Source: an uncultured Chloroflexia bacterium
GTDB lineage: Bacteria; Chloroflexota; Limnocylindria; Limnocylindrales; CSP1-4
Reading direction: 5' to 3'
DNA length: 64,000 bases
NCBI GenBank assembly: GCA_963743795.1
Contig: CAVUQZ010000004.1
Location: 339,686 to 403,685, forward strand
Shown here: positions 49,750-58,821 of the stretch, piece after piece
Layout of the letters: every line of letters begins with the position of its first letter
How positions within the stretch are numbered: position 1 is the first letter of the stretch
Notes under the pieces: generated by a model
What the model was told of the DNA's origin: nothing
Seen by the model: the letters and a program-made list of their open reading frames with translations, nothing else
The model's database searches: none
Position numbers and translations under genes: made by a program

Positions 49750-50468
49750 ATGAGTCAGCACAATGGTGGTCCGATCCGGATCCTGGCCGTGGTGGCGGCC
49801 GCCAGCCTGTTACTGGCCGCCTGCGGGTCGAGCACTCCAACACCGGCCGTCGTCGTGACGCCCACCCCGACGCCAGAAGTGACCGCGACACCCACTCCGG
49901 AGGCGACACCGACGGGGGCCCCACTCCGGAAGCGACACCGACGGCCGAGGTGACCGCCACTCCGGAAGTGACCCCGACCCCATCGCCCGCACCCTCACCG
50001 ACTCCGTCACCGACCCCCACGTCCCCGGCCTCGTTCTGCTCGGGCAATGCCGACAACCAGACCTTCTTCCTCGGAGCCGCCCACGCCGTCAAGGCCACCA
50101 TCTACTGCGCCACCAAGCTGCCCGCCGGCTGGGCCATCAGCGCCGGCAGCTGGCAAGGCACCAAGAGCGGCGGCTGGATGGACGTGACCTACAAGTACAA
50201 GAACACGAGCCAGACGTTCGAGATCAAGGAGGGGGCTTTCTGCCTGGACGCCGCCATCGTGTGCACCGGCGGCGCTCTTATCCTCGTCCAGCCGGACGTC
50301 CACTTCGACGGGATCTCGACCAACCTCGCTTCGTACGGGGGACCCGGCACCTACCTCATGATCATCAACCCGGGCAAGACCAACGCTTACTTCCTGATCA
50401 TGCAGAACATCACCCAGGCGGCCGCGGTCACCATCGGGGCCAACATGACCGCAGTGCCCGAGAGCTGA
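49750..50468 (+). CDS. Lipoprotein with Pro/Thr-rich linker (frameshift near 49925)
   Basis: GGAGGAGG RBS, lipobox LLLAAC, TPTPEVTATP repeats and a Cys-containing C-terminal domain. Confidence 0.78.
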
Positions 50469-50754
50469 GCCGCCAGCCGGTCGTCTCCCGGCCACGCCCA
50501 ACTGATCTGTTCGGGCGGTCGCTCCCATCGGAGCGACCGGCCGCAGTTCGGGCAAATGCCAACGTCGACTCGCGCAGCGCCATCGGTCATCCCCCGTCCT
50601 CCAGCCCGTCGAACGGCGTGGGTAGAGCGTTTCCCCCGGCGTGCGTGACGGTCCCCCTACTCTGGCGAGGCGGGGCAGGACGCGGAGCGTCGCCTCCACG
50701 GATGCTGCACTTCGCGCCAGCCAGCTGCGTACTCTTGTGGGCATGCTGCTTCAC

Positions 50755-52365
50755 ATGAACCGACGGCGACGGACAACCCTGACAGGCCTTCTCGCTGGCC
50801 TTGTCACCTCGACGGCCATCGCCTGCGGCGGCTCGGTCCAGCCGAGCTCGAGCCCCACGTCCTGGGTGCCAGCCTCTTCGATCGCGGTCTTTCCACTTCA
50901 GAGCTGGCCGCCGATCCTGATCCCGGCGGCGAGCCCAACCGACAGCTCTTGCGACGAAGGCCCCACCCAACCCCCACAGCCAGGGCCGCCGAACGGCTGG
51001 CCTGTGATGCTGGGCGATGTGAGCCAGCCTCCCCGGATCGGTCCTGATGGAACGTCCTACCTCGTCCAGGACATGAACCTGGTGGCCCTCGATACCACCG
51101 GGCATGAGCCCGCAGGTTGGCCCGTGAAGCTGAGTATCGCCCCGTTGGATTCGAGCGGTTACACGCCGACGGACGTCGAGGTCGGGCCGGATGGAACGGT
51201 CTATGTGACGGGAGGCGACACGATCGAGGCCTTCCACCCGGACGGCACACCGGTGTCAGGCTGGCCCTACCGCGCCAGCCGCATCCCCTACCCCGCCTTC
51301 GTAGCTGCTGTGCTGCCCGTAGCAGAGGGCGTGTACACCGACGTCAACGCGGGCGAAGTCGTGCTGCTCGGCAAAGACGGGGCGCCTCGGCCCGGTTGGC
51401 CGGAGTCGCTCCCAAGTGCCGCGGACGGTTCCTCCTCCGCACGGCTCTTGATAGGCCCCGATGGAACGCTGTACGCCGAGGACCAAGCCGCCGACACGAT
51501 CTACGCCTACGGCTCCGACGGCGCCCTCAAACCCGGCTGGCCGCTCCACGGTTGGGCAGCCATGACCTTCGATCCGAGCGGCCGCATCTACGTCTGGAAG
51601 CACCGTTTTGCGGCGGCGGCCGGTGCCAGATACTCCGGCCCGGCGATCGAGACGCAGATAGGCGCACTGGATGCTACGGGCCGTTTCTATCCGGGTTGGC
51701 CGATCAAGTTCGACGGGCCGGTATCTCGGCCGACGTTCGGCCCGGATGGCACCGTGTATGCAACAGGCGGCACCTCCGGTCAATCGAAGACGTCCAGCAC
51801 CATCGTCCTGGCCTTCGATGGGAGCGGTAACCCCAGGCCCGGCTGGCCCGTTTCGTTGCCGGCGGGCTACCGGGCTCAAGGGAGCCTCCCAGCTGTCGCG
51901 CAGGCAGCCCCCGATCCGCCGGTTGTCGCCCCGGACGGCACCGTGCACGTGATCGCCGGCGTTCTCGACTCCGCCGGTCCGCCGAGTGAGTCTATCTTCG
52001 CGTTCCTCCCGAGCGGTCGCCCGGCGCCGGGCTGGCCGCGCGCGATCGGACCCGGACAGCTCAGCAACGTGATGGCCGATCCTGCCGGCTCGGGCTGGTT
52101 GACTGAGGGGAGCGACATCTATCTGGTTATTGACAACCGCATCGTGGCGCTGCAGTCCGACGGCACGGTCGCGCCAGGCTGGCCGCTCAGCCGGCCGTGC
52201 GACGCCAGCCCGCAATGGGTGGAGCAGACGCCAGACGGCGGCCTGCTGGTCCTGTGGAACGCGGGTGCCAAACCCTATGACGGCACCCTGGAGATCCGCT
52301 ATCGGCCTGACGGGTCGGTGGCCGGAACCGTAGCCATGCTCCAGGACCCTGGCCGAGCCAGGTAG
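50755..52365 (+). CDS. Secreted/lipo beta-propeller protein with GWP repeats
   Basis: Signal ending AIAC; nine xGWP and five (G/A)PDGT repeats. Confidence 0.75.
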   Translation: MNRRRRTTLTGLLAGLVTSTAIACGGSVQPSSSPTSWVPASSIAVFPLQSWPPILIPAASPTDSSCDEGPTQPPQPGPPNGWPVMLGDVSQPPRIGPDGTSYLVQDMNLVALDTTGHEPAGWPVKLSIAPLDSSGYTPTDVEVGPDGTVYVTGGDTIEAFHPDGTPVSGWPYRASRIPYPAFVAAVLPVAEGVYTDVNAGEVVLLGKDGAPRPGWPESLPSAADGSSSARLLIGPDGTLYAEDQAADTIYAYGSDGALKPGWPLHGWAAMTFDPSGRIYVWKHRFAAAAGARYSGPAIETQIGALDATGRFYPGWPIKFDGPVSRPTFGPDGTVYATGGTSGQSKTSSTIVLAFDGSGNPRPGWPVSLPAGYRAQGSLPAVAQAAPDPPVVAPDGTVHVIAGVLDSAGPPSESIFAFLPSGRPAPGWPRAIGPGQLSNVMADPAGSGWLTEGSDIYLVIDNRIVALQSDGTVAPGWPLSRPCDASPQWVEQTPDGGLLVLWNAGAKPYDGTLEIRYRPDGSVAGTVAMLQDPGRAR

Positions 52366-52393
52366 AAGGGGTTGGCTCAGCGCGCTCGCCGAC

Positions 52394-53128
52394 TCACGGC
52401 AGCCGGCCGAGGATCGTTTGGGCCTGCGCCTGGAGAGCCGCAAGGGTCGGAGCCGCCTTACCGAGGGCCACGTCGCTGAAGCCGAAGAAGATCGTGCCCT
52501 TGAGCGCGTAGATGGCGCCCGCGCTGAAGCTCTGCCCCGAGACCGTGATGGTCCCGCTGACATACGCGGCGCCATCCGCGAAGGTGGGCAGCTCGATGAA
52601 CGGGATTGCCTTACCCGCCTGCTGCTGGATCGCCGCCTCCGCTTCCGCCTTCCCCGCTTGTGCCGTCGCCACATCGGGTGCTTGGCCGACGATGACCATG
52701 AACACGTTCAGGGTCTGGCCGCCGTAGGTGCATATCTTGCCGCCTCCGGACGTTGTGCTCTCCACGCCTGCCCCGTACGACGCGCCGGCGAACTGCGACG
52801 CTTCCTGACTGGTCACGAGCTGGCAAGGATCGAGCGAAGTCGGGACTCCCGTCACCTGGCTTATCGGCGCGGGTGTGTCGGTGGGCGCCGGGGTGGCGGG
52901 AGCCGGCGTGACCGGGGCCGGCGTGACCGGGGCCGGCGCAATGGGCAGGGGCGTCCCCGTAGCGCCGGCGGGGGAACTCGACGAGGTGCCGCAAGCCGCG
53001 GCGACGAGCCCTACGAGAGCCACTGCCGCCACCCGGCGGACTACTCCGGCAAGCCGCCGGCGAGCTACTACGCGGCCGGTCTCGAGGTCGTGGCCCTGTG
53101 GGAGCAAAACACCCATCCATTGATACAT
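52394..53128 (-). CDS. Lipoprotein (DUF3558-like, DPC...C motif)
   Basis: Lipobox VAAAC, TPAP repeats and LDPCQLVT...ICTY. Start uncertain. Confidence 0.7.
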   Translation of the reverse strand: MYQWMGVLLPQGHDLETGRVVARRRLAGVVRRVAAVALVGLVAAACGTSSSSPAGATGTPLPIAPAPVTPAPVTPAPATPAPTDTPAPISQVTGVPTSLDPCQLVTSQEASQFAGASYGAGVESTTSGGGKICTYGGQTLNVFMVIVGQAPDVATAQAGKAEAEAAIQQQAGKAIPFIELPTFADGAAYVSGTITVSGQSFSAGAIYALKGTIFFGFSDVALGKAAPTLAALQAQAQTILGRLP

Positions 53129-53337
53129 CTGAGTCTCTCCGTGGGAATTGGCTCGCCTCCTCGCAACACCAAGGCGGCACGATGGATTCCCCATCGTTTG
53201 GACGGACGCGTCAACGATCCCCCGCCCCTGGCTCGCGTGGTGCAGGGGCCGTTCCTCAGGGTGGGCCAGGCACTCGTCTGCCCTCGACCTCCCGGCTCCG
53301 GTGGGCCAGGGCGAAAGGCTTCGCACAGCGGGCTGAC

Positions 53338-54015
53338 TCAGCCGGGCGGCGTCTCAAGGTGGCGGCCGAGGAAGGCGAGCGTGCGCTCGAATGCAAGGTC
53401 GGCGGCAGGCGCGCGGTGGGCGTCGCGTGAGGGTTCGGCGAACCAATGCCCGGTCCCCGGGTAGCGGTGGATGACGACGTCGCGGCCGGCCGAGCGGAGA
53501 GTGACCTCGAAGGCAGCGACGCCTTCGTCGGACTCGTAGGGGTCCGTCTCGGCGAAATGCCCGAGGACGGGTACCGACGCCCGAGTGAGGCTCCCGCCCG
53601 CGATCGAGCCGTAGTACACGACCGACGCGACCAGCCGGTCGCGCTCGGCCGGGCTCCACATCGCCCACGCCGCGCCCATCGAGAACCCCACGGTCGCGAG
53701 CTTCGCCGTCGGGCCCAGGCGGTCAGCGAGGTGGTCGATCGTCGCCAGGGCGATGGCATCTGCCGCCGCCTGGTCCATCGAATCCGACAGCCGCTCTGCC
53801 TCCTCAATAGTCGACGCCACCGAGCCGCCGTACAGGTCCGGAGCGACGACGGCGAACCCGGCCGCGGCCAGTCGGTCGGCGTACGCGACGACGTCATCGT
53901 TGAGCCCCCACCAGGGATGGAACACGACGACGCCCGGTGCTCCAGACCCGACTTCGCCCGCCCCGTACACACGCGATGTGATGCCACCCGCCTGGATCGT
54001 CTCGAACTTGCCCAT
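53338..54015 (-). CDS. Dienelactone hydrolase family protein
   Basis: HPWWGL, APDLY, VGFSMG, VYYG and YPGTGHWF. Confidence 0.92.
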   Translation of the reverse strand: MGKFETIQAGGITSRVYGAGEVGSGAPGVVVFHPWWGLNDDVVAYADRLAAAGFAVVAPDLYGGSVASTIEEAERLSDSMDQAAADAIALATIDHLADRLGPTAKLATVGFSMGAAWAMWSPAERDRLVASVVYYGSIAGGSLTRASVPVLGHFAETDPYESDEGVAAFEVTLRSAGRDVVIHRYPGTGHWFAEPSRDAHRAPAADLAFERTLAFLGRHLETPPG

Positions 54016-54075
54016 GACGCTCCTCGACTACGCCTCAACGCAGCGTACAGGAACATGATCTGGCAGAGTTGCGCG

Positions 54076-55504
54076 ATGGGCGCGGATGATGCGAAGGTCA
54101 TCTTCACCGGTATCGCGGCGTCGTACGACCGCGTCGCGACGATCCTGTCGTTCGGGCAGGATCCGCGGTGGCGGCGGGCGCGCGATCGACGCGATCGACG
54201 CGCGCCCCACGGACCGCGTTCTCGATGTCGCGACGGGCACCGGCATGGTCGCGCAGGCGCTGCACGATCGATACGGCTGCGCGGTGGTCGGGGTCGATCA
54301 GAGCGCGGACATGCTGGCGGTGGCCCGAACTCGAGACGGCGTCTACGAGACCATCGTCGAAGGGCGCGCGGAGAAGCTGCCGTTTCCGGACGCGGCGTTC
54401 GACCACCTCACCTTCACGTATCTCCTGCGCTACGTCGACGATCCCGCGGCCACGATGCGGGAGCTCGCTCGAGTCGTGAAGCCCGGCGGTCGGGTGGCGA
54501 TGGTCGAGTTCGGCCTGCCGGGTGGCGTGTGGCGCCCGCTGTGGTGGCTGTACACGCGCATCGGGCTTCCGCTCGCGGGTCGCGTCTTCTCGGCGAAGTG
54601 GTCCGCGGTCGGCGCGTTCCTCGGTCCGAGCATCGAGCGCTTCTACGCCCGCCATCCGCTTTCGGCCGTCGAGCGGCTACTGGCGCGAGGCCGGCCTCGG
54701 CGACGTGCGCACGCGCCGGATGAGCGTGGGCGGCGGCGTCGTCATGAGCGCGACCAAGGTCGAGCGCACCGCGCTCCCCCACTCCGGCGTCACTCGCGCC
54801 GGCGTTCTATGCGGCCCGCGGTGGCGGATGGCGCGACTACTGGACGCTCCTCCACCCGCCATACACCGTGTGGCATCTCTCGTACGTGCTCCTCGGGGCG
54901 GCGCTGGCGCCCTCGCCCGACCCGAAGATCGTCGCGGGCGCGCTCGTCGCGTTCGGGCTCGCCGTGGGCATCGGCGCGCACGCCTTCGACGAGCTGAACG
55001 GCCGGCCCCTGCGCACGCGGATCCCATCGCCGGTGCTCGTCGCCCTCGGCACGGCGGCGCTTCTGGTCGCGGTCGCGATCGGCCTGGTCGGGGCGACGAT
55101 GGTCGGACCGCTCTTCCTTCTCTTCGTGATCGGCGGCGCCGCGGTCGTCGTGCTGTATGCCTTCGAGGCGCCTCTCGTGCACTCGGACGTCGGATTCGCG
55201 GTCGGATGGGGCGCGTTCCCCGTCGCGGCGACCGCGTACGCGACGGGCGCTCATCCGGTGCCGACCGCGCTCGCGGCGCTGGCCGCCGCGCTGCTGAGCC
55301 TGGCCCAGCGGCGGCTCTCCACTCGCGCGCGCTCGATCCGCCGTCGTGCCGTCGAGCGTGAGCGGCGAGATCGTCTACTCGGACGGATCGAAGGAGTCTA
55401 TCGACGCGCGCGGGCTCATCGGCGCAGCCGAAGGAGCGCTCTCGATCATGTGGCTCGCGATCTTCGCGGTCTCGCTCGCGGTGCTGCTCGCGCACTGGCT
55501 CTGA
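54076..55504 (+). CDS. UbiE/MenG-like SAM methyltransferase probably fused to a UbiA-like membrane domain (indels near 54180, 54675, 54778 and 55355)
   Basis: YDRVATILSFGQDPRWR, VLDVATGTG, FTYLLRYVDD and ELARVVKPGG; then PAFYAARGGGWRDYWTLLHPPYT and AHAFDELNGRPL with multiple TMs. Confidence 0.7.
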
Positions 55505-55533
55505 CTGGCCGCTGAGGACCGGCGCCGGCGCGC

Positions 55534-55791
55534 CTAGTACCTCGTGCGGCGCGTCTCTTCCTTCTTCTCCGGGCGTGGCTCGTGGCCGGGGCGTGGTGGA
55601 TGCGGGGCCGTCCCGGGAGCCATGTCCGGCTGGCGCGGCTGCGGCCCACGAGCGCGGGCCGCTTCCACCTGCTGCGCGAAGGCTGCCGCGCGGTCGGGCG
55701 GAATGGCGCGCTCCCACTCGACGGTGATCTGTTTCACCCGCGCGTTTCCGGCCGCTCGCTGCTCACGCTCGTATCTCGACCTCTTCGTCAT
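55534..55791 (-). CDS. Small basic Pro-rich hypothetical protein (85 aa)
   Basis: GAGGAC RBS then ATG; MTKRSRYEREQR...PDMAPGTAPHPPRPGHEPRPEKKE; GC3-rich. Confidence 0.65.
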   Translation of the reverse strand: MTKRSRYEREQRAAGNARVKQITVEWERAIPPDRAAAFAQQVEAARARGPQPRQPDMAPGTAPHPPRPGHEPRPEKKEETRRTRY

Positions 55792-55944
55792 CTGGTCCTC
55801 GTCTGGGACATCCGGCATCTCCGCCGAATGGGACAACCATCTTGCTCTCATTGACGACGCCTGTCTCGCAGTCCGCTGCAATTAGGCGGTCGGCGGCGCT
55901 CCAGTGTCCCGATGCTACCCAATCCGGATCACACGACCGCAGAC

Positions 55945-56340
55945 CTACGGAATGGAGAAGCTGAGAGTCCAAGGCCCTGTGCCCAGGCCCACCAGCTTGA
56001 TCACGGTAACGGTCCAGTCCCCCGTCGGATCATCGACGCCCGCCGACGTATAGACCGTTATCTCCGATCCCGTCTTGCCCACACCCGATACTGGAACGTC
56101 CTGGCCCTGCGCTGGTTAACGGACACGTCGATCGGCCCGCAGTCGGTGTCGGGCGGGAGGCCGGCCATGCGAAGGTTGACTGTGACCATCGGCATGGGGA
56201 GGTGACTATCCCTTCGAGGGTGAACGTGCGGACGCCGTCGTTGCTCTCGGTCAGGAGGCGATGTGGCCGAGTCGCCTGCAACCGACCCGGCCACCGTGAG
56301 GTCGAACGCGAACGAGGCGTTCACCGTGGACCCGTGCGGG
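55945..56340 (-). pseudogene. C-terminal fragment of an unknown beta-rich (secreted-type) protein
   Basis: Pieces VNASFAFDLTVAG, NDGVRTFTLEGI and GDWTVTVIKL..GPWTLSFSIP* in shifting frames, with no start codon. Confidence 0.35.
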
Positions 56341-56344
56341 AGAT

Positions 56345-57543
56345 ACGACCTCGGACCGCTGGTCCGCGGGCAGCGTCGAGACGCACGCCTTCCACGGTCT
56401 GGGTGAGTTGCGGCCAGCCGATCTGTTCGGCCGTGTCGGTGACCGTAGTCGGGAGCGATGTCTTCGCGTATTCGCCAACAGGGAGGATCGGCAAGGCCAG
56501 ATACGAGACGAGCGCGCCCGACAGCGCCGATGCAGCGGCGAACGGTCGCCCAGCGCACGCGATGCCGGCCACGTGACAGCCAGCCGTCGAGGCGGATCGC
56601 GCCCGCGGCCATGAACACGGGCGCGGTGCCGACCGCGTAATACGCCTTGCCCCCGCTGACGTACACCAGAACGATCCCGACGATGGCGGCAATCCCGATC
56701 GCGCGCCATGGCGCCGCATCCTTCGCCCTCAGAACCCATATCGCGCCAGCGATCGAGACTGGGAACAGGAGCGGCCCGGTGAAGAGCCAGAGCAGAGCGC
56801 AACAGCTGGGCCCGATTGTCGCCGGCCTGGTCGGCGATGTGGGCCGCCAGCGCGAGTTGCGGCCAGCCGTTGGCCGCCTGCCAGATGAGGTTCGGCGCCC
56901 AGAGGATCACGGCGATCCCGATAGCCGACCAGGCCCACGGCGAGCGCACTACGTCCGCAGCGCCGGGCCACCAGCAGCCCCGCGGCGAGTCCGGCGCCCA
57001 GGAAAACGAGCGTGTCCTTGTTCTCGAGTCCGATCCCGGTCGCGAGGCCGAGCGCCAGCCAGAGACGCCGATCGCCGCCGCGAGCAGCTTCACCAGCAGC
57101 CACAGGATGACGGCCCAGGCGAGCAAGTCGAACTCGGCGGTGTCGTCGAGATGGCCCGCGAGGAGATAGCCGGATAGGGCGGCTGTGGCCGCCGCCAGGA
57201 CCTGAGCCCGTCGCGAGCCGCCCAGGTCACGCGCAATGAGCGCGGTCAGGATCACGACGATCGCCATCTCGAGGGCGGGCAGCAACCGCACGGCCGTCGG
57301 CGAAACCCCGAGCAGGGCCGCCGAGACCGCGGTCAGCAGCGGGGTCAGTGGTGGTTGGTCGGCATAGCCGAACGTCGGATGGCGGCCCGCCACGATGAAG
57401 TACATCTCGTCGCGGTGGAAGCCGTACGCGCCGGACACCGCCAGCAACCCGGCGAACATGAGGCCGGCGACCAGGAACACCGGCCACGGAAGGGCTGGCC
57501 ACGATGGGCCGGATCTGGCCGTGTACCCTGGCTTCTCGCTCAT
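56345..57543 (-). pseudogene. GT39/PMT_2 (ArnT-like) membrane glycosyltransferase, frameshifted and 3'-truncated
   Basis: YGFHRDEMYF, GYADQPPL, GLENK, PNLIWQAANGWP, GGKAYY and EQIGWPQL; ends abruptly after LPADQRSEVV. Confidence 0.75.
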
Positions 57544-57787
57544 CGGACCTACGCTCGCAGATCCCTCCTCAGCTGGCGGCGTTATCACCCGCGGAATCAT
57601 ACGGCGCGGCCGATTAGTCCTGACCACACCCGTGCCAACGCCGGTACGGCGGCGCCTCGGTTCGCTTGAAGGGCGATGCGGCGCCACTTATCCTGTGCCG
57701 GCGATGATCCTCTAGTTTCGGCTGCAGTTGCGTTGCGCGCGCCCCATGTCCGGCTGGGCGCGCTCCCCTACCCTCCCGATCTTGGAG

Positions 57788-58642
57788 ATGTCCGTGTTTC
57801 GCGAGCTTCAACGAATCAACGAACGGCCGGCCGTCTTCTCGCGGCTCACGACTGCGGCCCTTTGGACGGATCCACACATCTCCGAGCAGATGCTGCGGTT
57901 CCACCTCGACGGGTCGATCGACCTCTCGTCCCGAAAGACCGAGTTCATCGACGCCTCGGTGGCCTGGATCACCGAGGCCTTCCATCTGACCGGCCAATCA
58001 CGGATCCTCGATCTCGGCTGCGGGCCGGGACTCTACACGAATCGCCTTGCGCGGGCTGGCGTCGACGTGACCGGGATCGACTTCTCGTCGCGATCGATCG
58101 CATATGCACGCGAGGCGGCAGCGCAGGAGGGCCTGCGAGCGACGTACGTGAACGAGGACTACCTGGCCTGGGAATCGAGCCAGCGCTTCGACTTGATCAC
58201 GATGATCTTCTGCGACTACTGCGCCCTGGCGCCCCAACAGAGACTGCCCCTACTCCACAAGATCGAGCGGCTGCTGGAGCCGGAGGGAGCGTTCCTATTC
58301 GACGTCTGCTCGCTGGCGGCGCTCGGCGCGCGTGTCGAGTCGGCTGAATATGCACCGTCGCTCATGGACGGGTTCTGGTCACCGGTCCCCTACTTCGGAT
58401 TCCTCAACAAGTTCGTCTACCCCGAGGAACGGGTCACTCTCGACAAGTACGAGATCGTCGAAGCCGACCGCACGAGGACCTTCTACAACTGGCTCCAGTA
58501 CTTCGACCCGGAGGCGATCACTGCGGAGCTGGATCGGGCTGGCCTGGAGGCTGCGTCTGTCCTCGGCGACGTCGCCGGGCGGCCATTCGAACCATCTTCG
58601 TCCGAGTTTGCGATCGTCGCCCGCCGAAGCGCCCGGGCCTGA
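57788..58642 (+). CDS. Class I SAM-dependent methyltransferase
   Basis: LWTDPHISEQML, ILDLGCGPGLY, GIDFS and FDLITMIFCD. Confidence 0.9.
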   Translation: MSVFRELQRINERPAVFSRLTTAALWTDPHISEQMLRFHLDGSIDLSSRKTEFIDASVAWITEAFHLTGQSRILDLGCGPGLYTNRLARAGVDVTGIDFSSRSIAYAREAAAQEGLRATYVNEDYLAWESSQRFDLITMIFCDYCALAPQQRLPLLHKIERLLEPEGAFLFDVCSLAALGARVESAEYAPSLMDGFWSPVPYFGFLNKFVYPEERVTLDKYEIVEADRTRTFYNWLQYFDPEAITAELDRAGLEAASVLGDVAGRPFEPSSSEFAIVARRSARA

Positions 58643-58821
58643 GGTGCTCCCGGACCGTCTGACGTCGGGGCGTAAACGGCGGCGAGCTGATGCCTGCCGT
58701 CTCGGCCGGCGTCGATGCCGGGGCGGCATTCCGGCCAGGAACGGCGGCAAATGTCCCGCTTGTCATCCGGGGCTGCGCGCGACAACCTTCGCGAATGGCG
58801 CACTCGTGGCCCCATCTTGCG

